Shown one piece after another: positions 63,991-64,000 of a DNA stretch of 64,000 nt. The stretch is from contig OZ287753.1 of the NCBI GenBank assembly GCA_965649765.1, positions 70,246,001 through 70,310,000 of the forward strand, written 5' to 3'. The notes under the pieces were generated by a model. That model made no database searches. It had not been told where the DNA came from and saw nothing but the letters and a program-made list of their open reading frames with translations. Position 1 is the stretch's first letter; the number at the start of each line of letters is the position of its first letter. This DNA comes from Bispira polyomma. Lineage: Eukaryota. Made by a program: the position numbers and the translations under genes.

Positions 63991-64000
63991 TCTTTCCTGT

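Overview
AT-rich eukaryotic (animal, probably invertebrate/lophotrochozoan - inferred from gene structure and repeat types) genomic DNA; no prokaryotic features, rRNA, bona fide tRNA or CRISPR seen. Two intron-rich host genes lie on the + strand. The first is the 3' part of an LDL-receptor class A (LDLa) repeat gene (exons 3127-12765; one linking exon unresolved). The second is a secreted reprolysin/M12B (ADAM/ADAMTS-like) zinc metalloprotease. I traced ten phase-consistent GT-AG exons from 38782 to 58859 (451 codons: signal peptide, Cys-free prodomain, RSKR furin site, HELGHNLGSNHD, Met-turn); the gene probably continues past the window. The rest is mostly transposon debris: L2-clade and Tx1/L1-like LINEs, tRNA-derived SINEs, a Gypsy fragment, a Polinton/Maverick integrase relic, a Mutator-like element and many MITEs, often nested. 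The most unusual structures are these. (1) Tandem amplification of exon-end plus 5' splice donor behind two protease exons. (2) A ~3.6 kb duplicate of the protease promoter/exon 1, disrupted by a Mutator-like insertion and containing a possible gene-conversion tract. (3) A TSD-flanked insert with an array of TTAGGG-containing hairpins. (4) A SINE sharing its tail with a local L2. (5) An L2 whose endonuclease is deleted right at a 2A-like motif. None is proven to be a new system. All calls were made by eye without database searches, and repeat boundaries are approximate.
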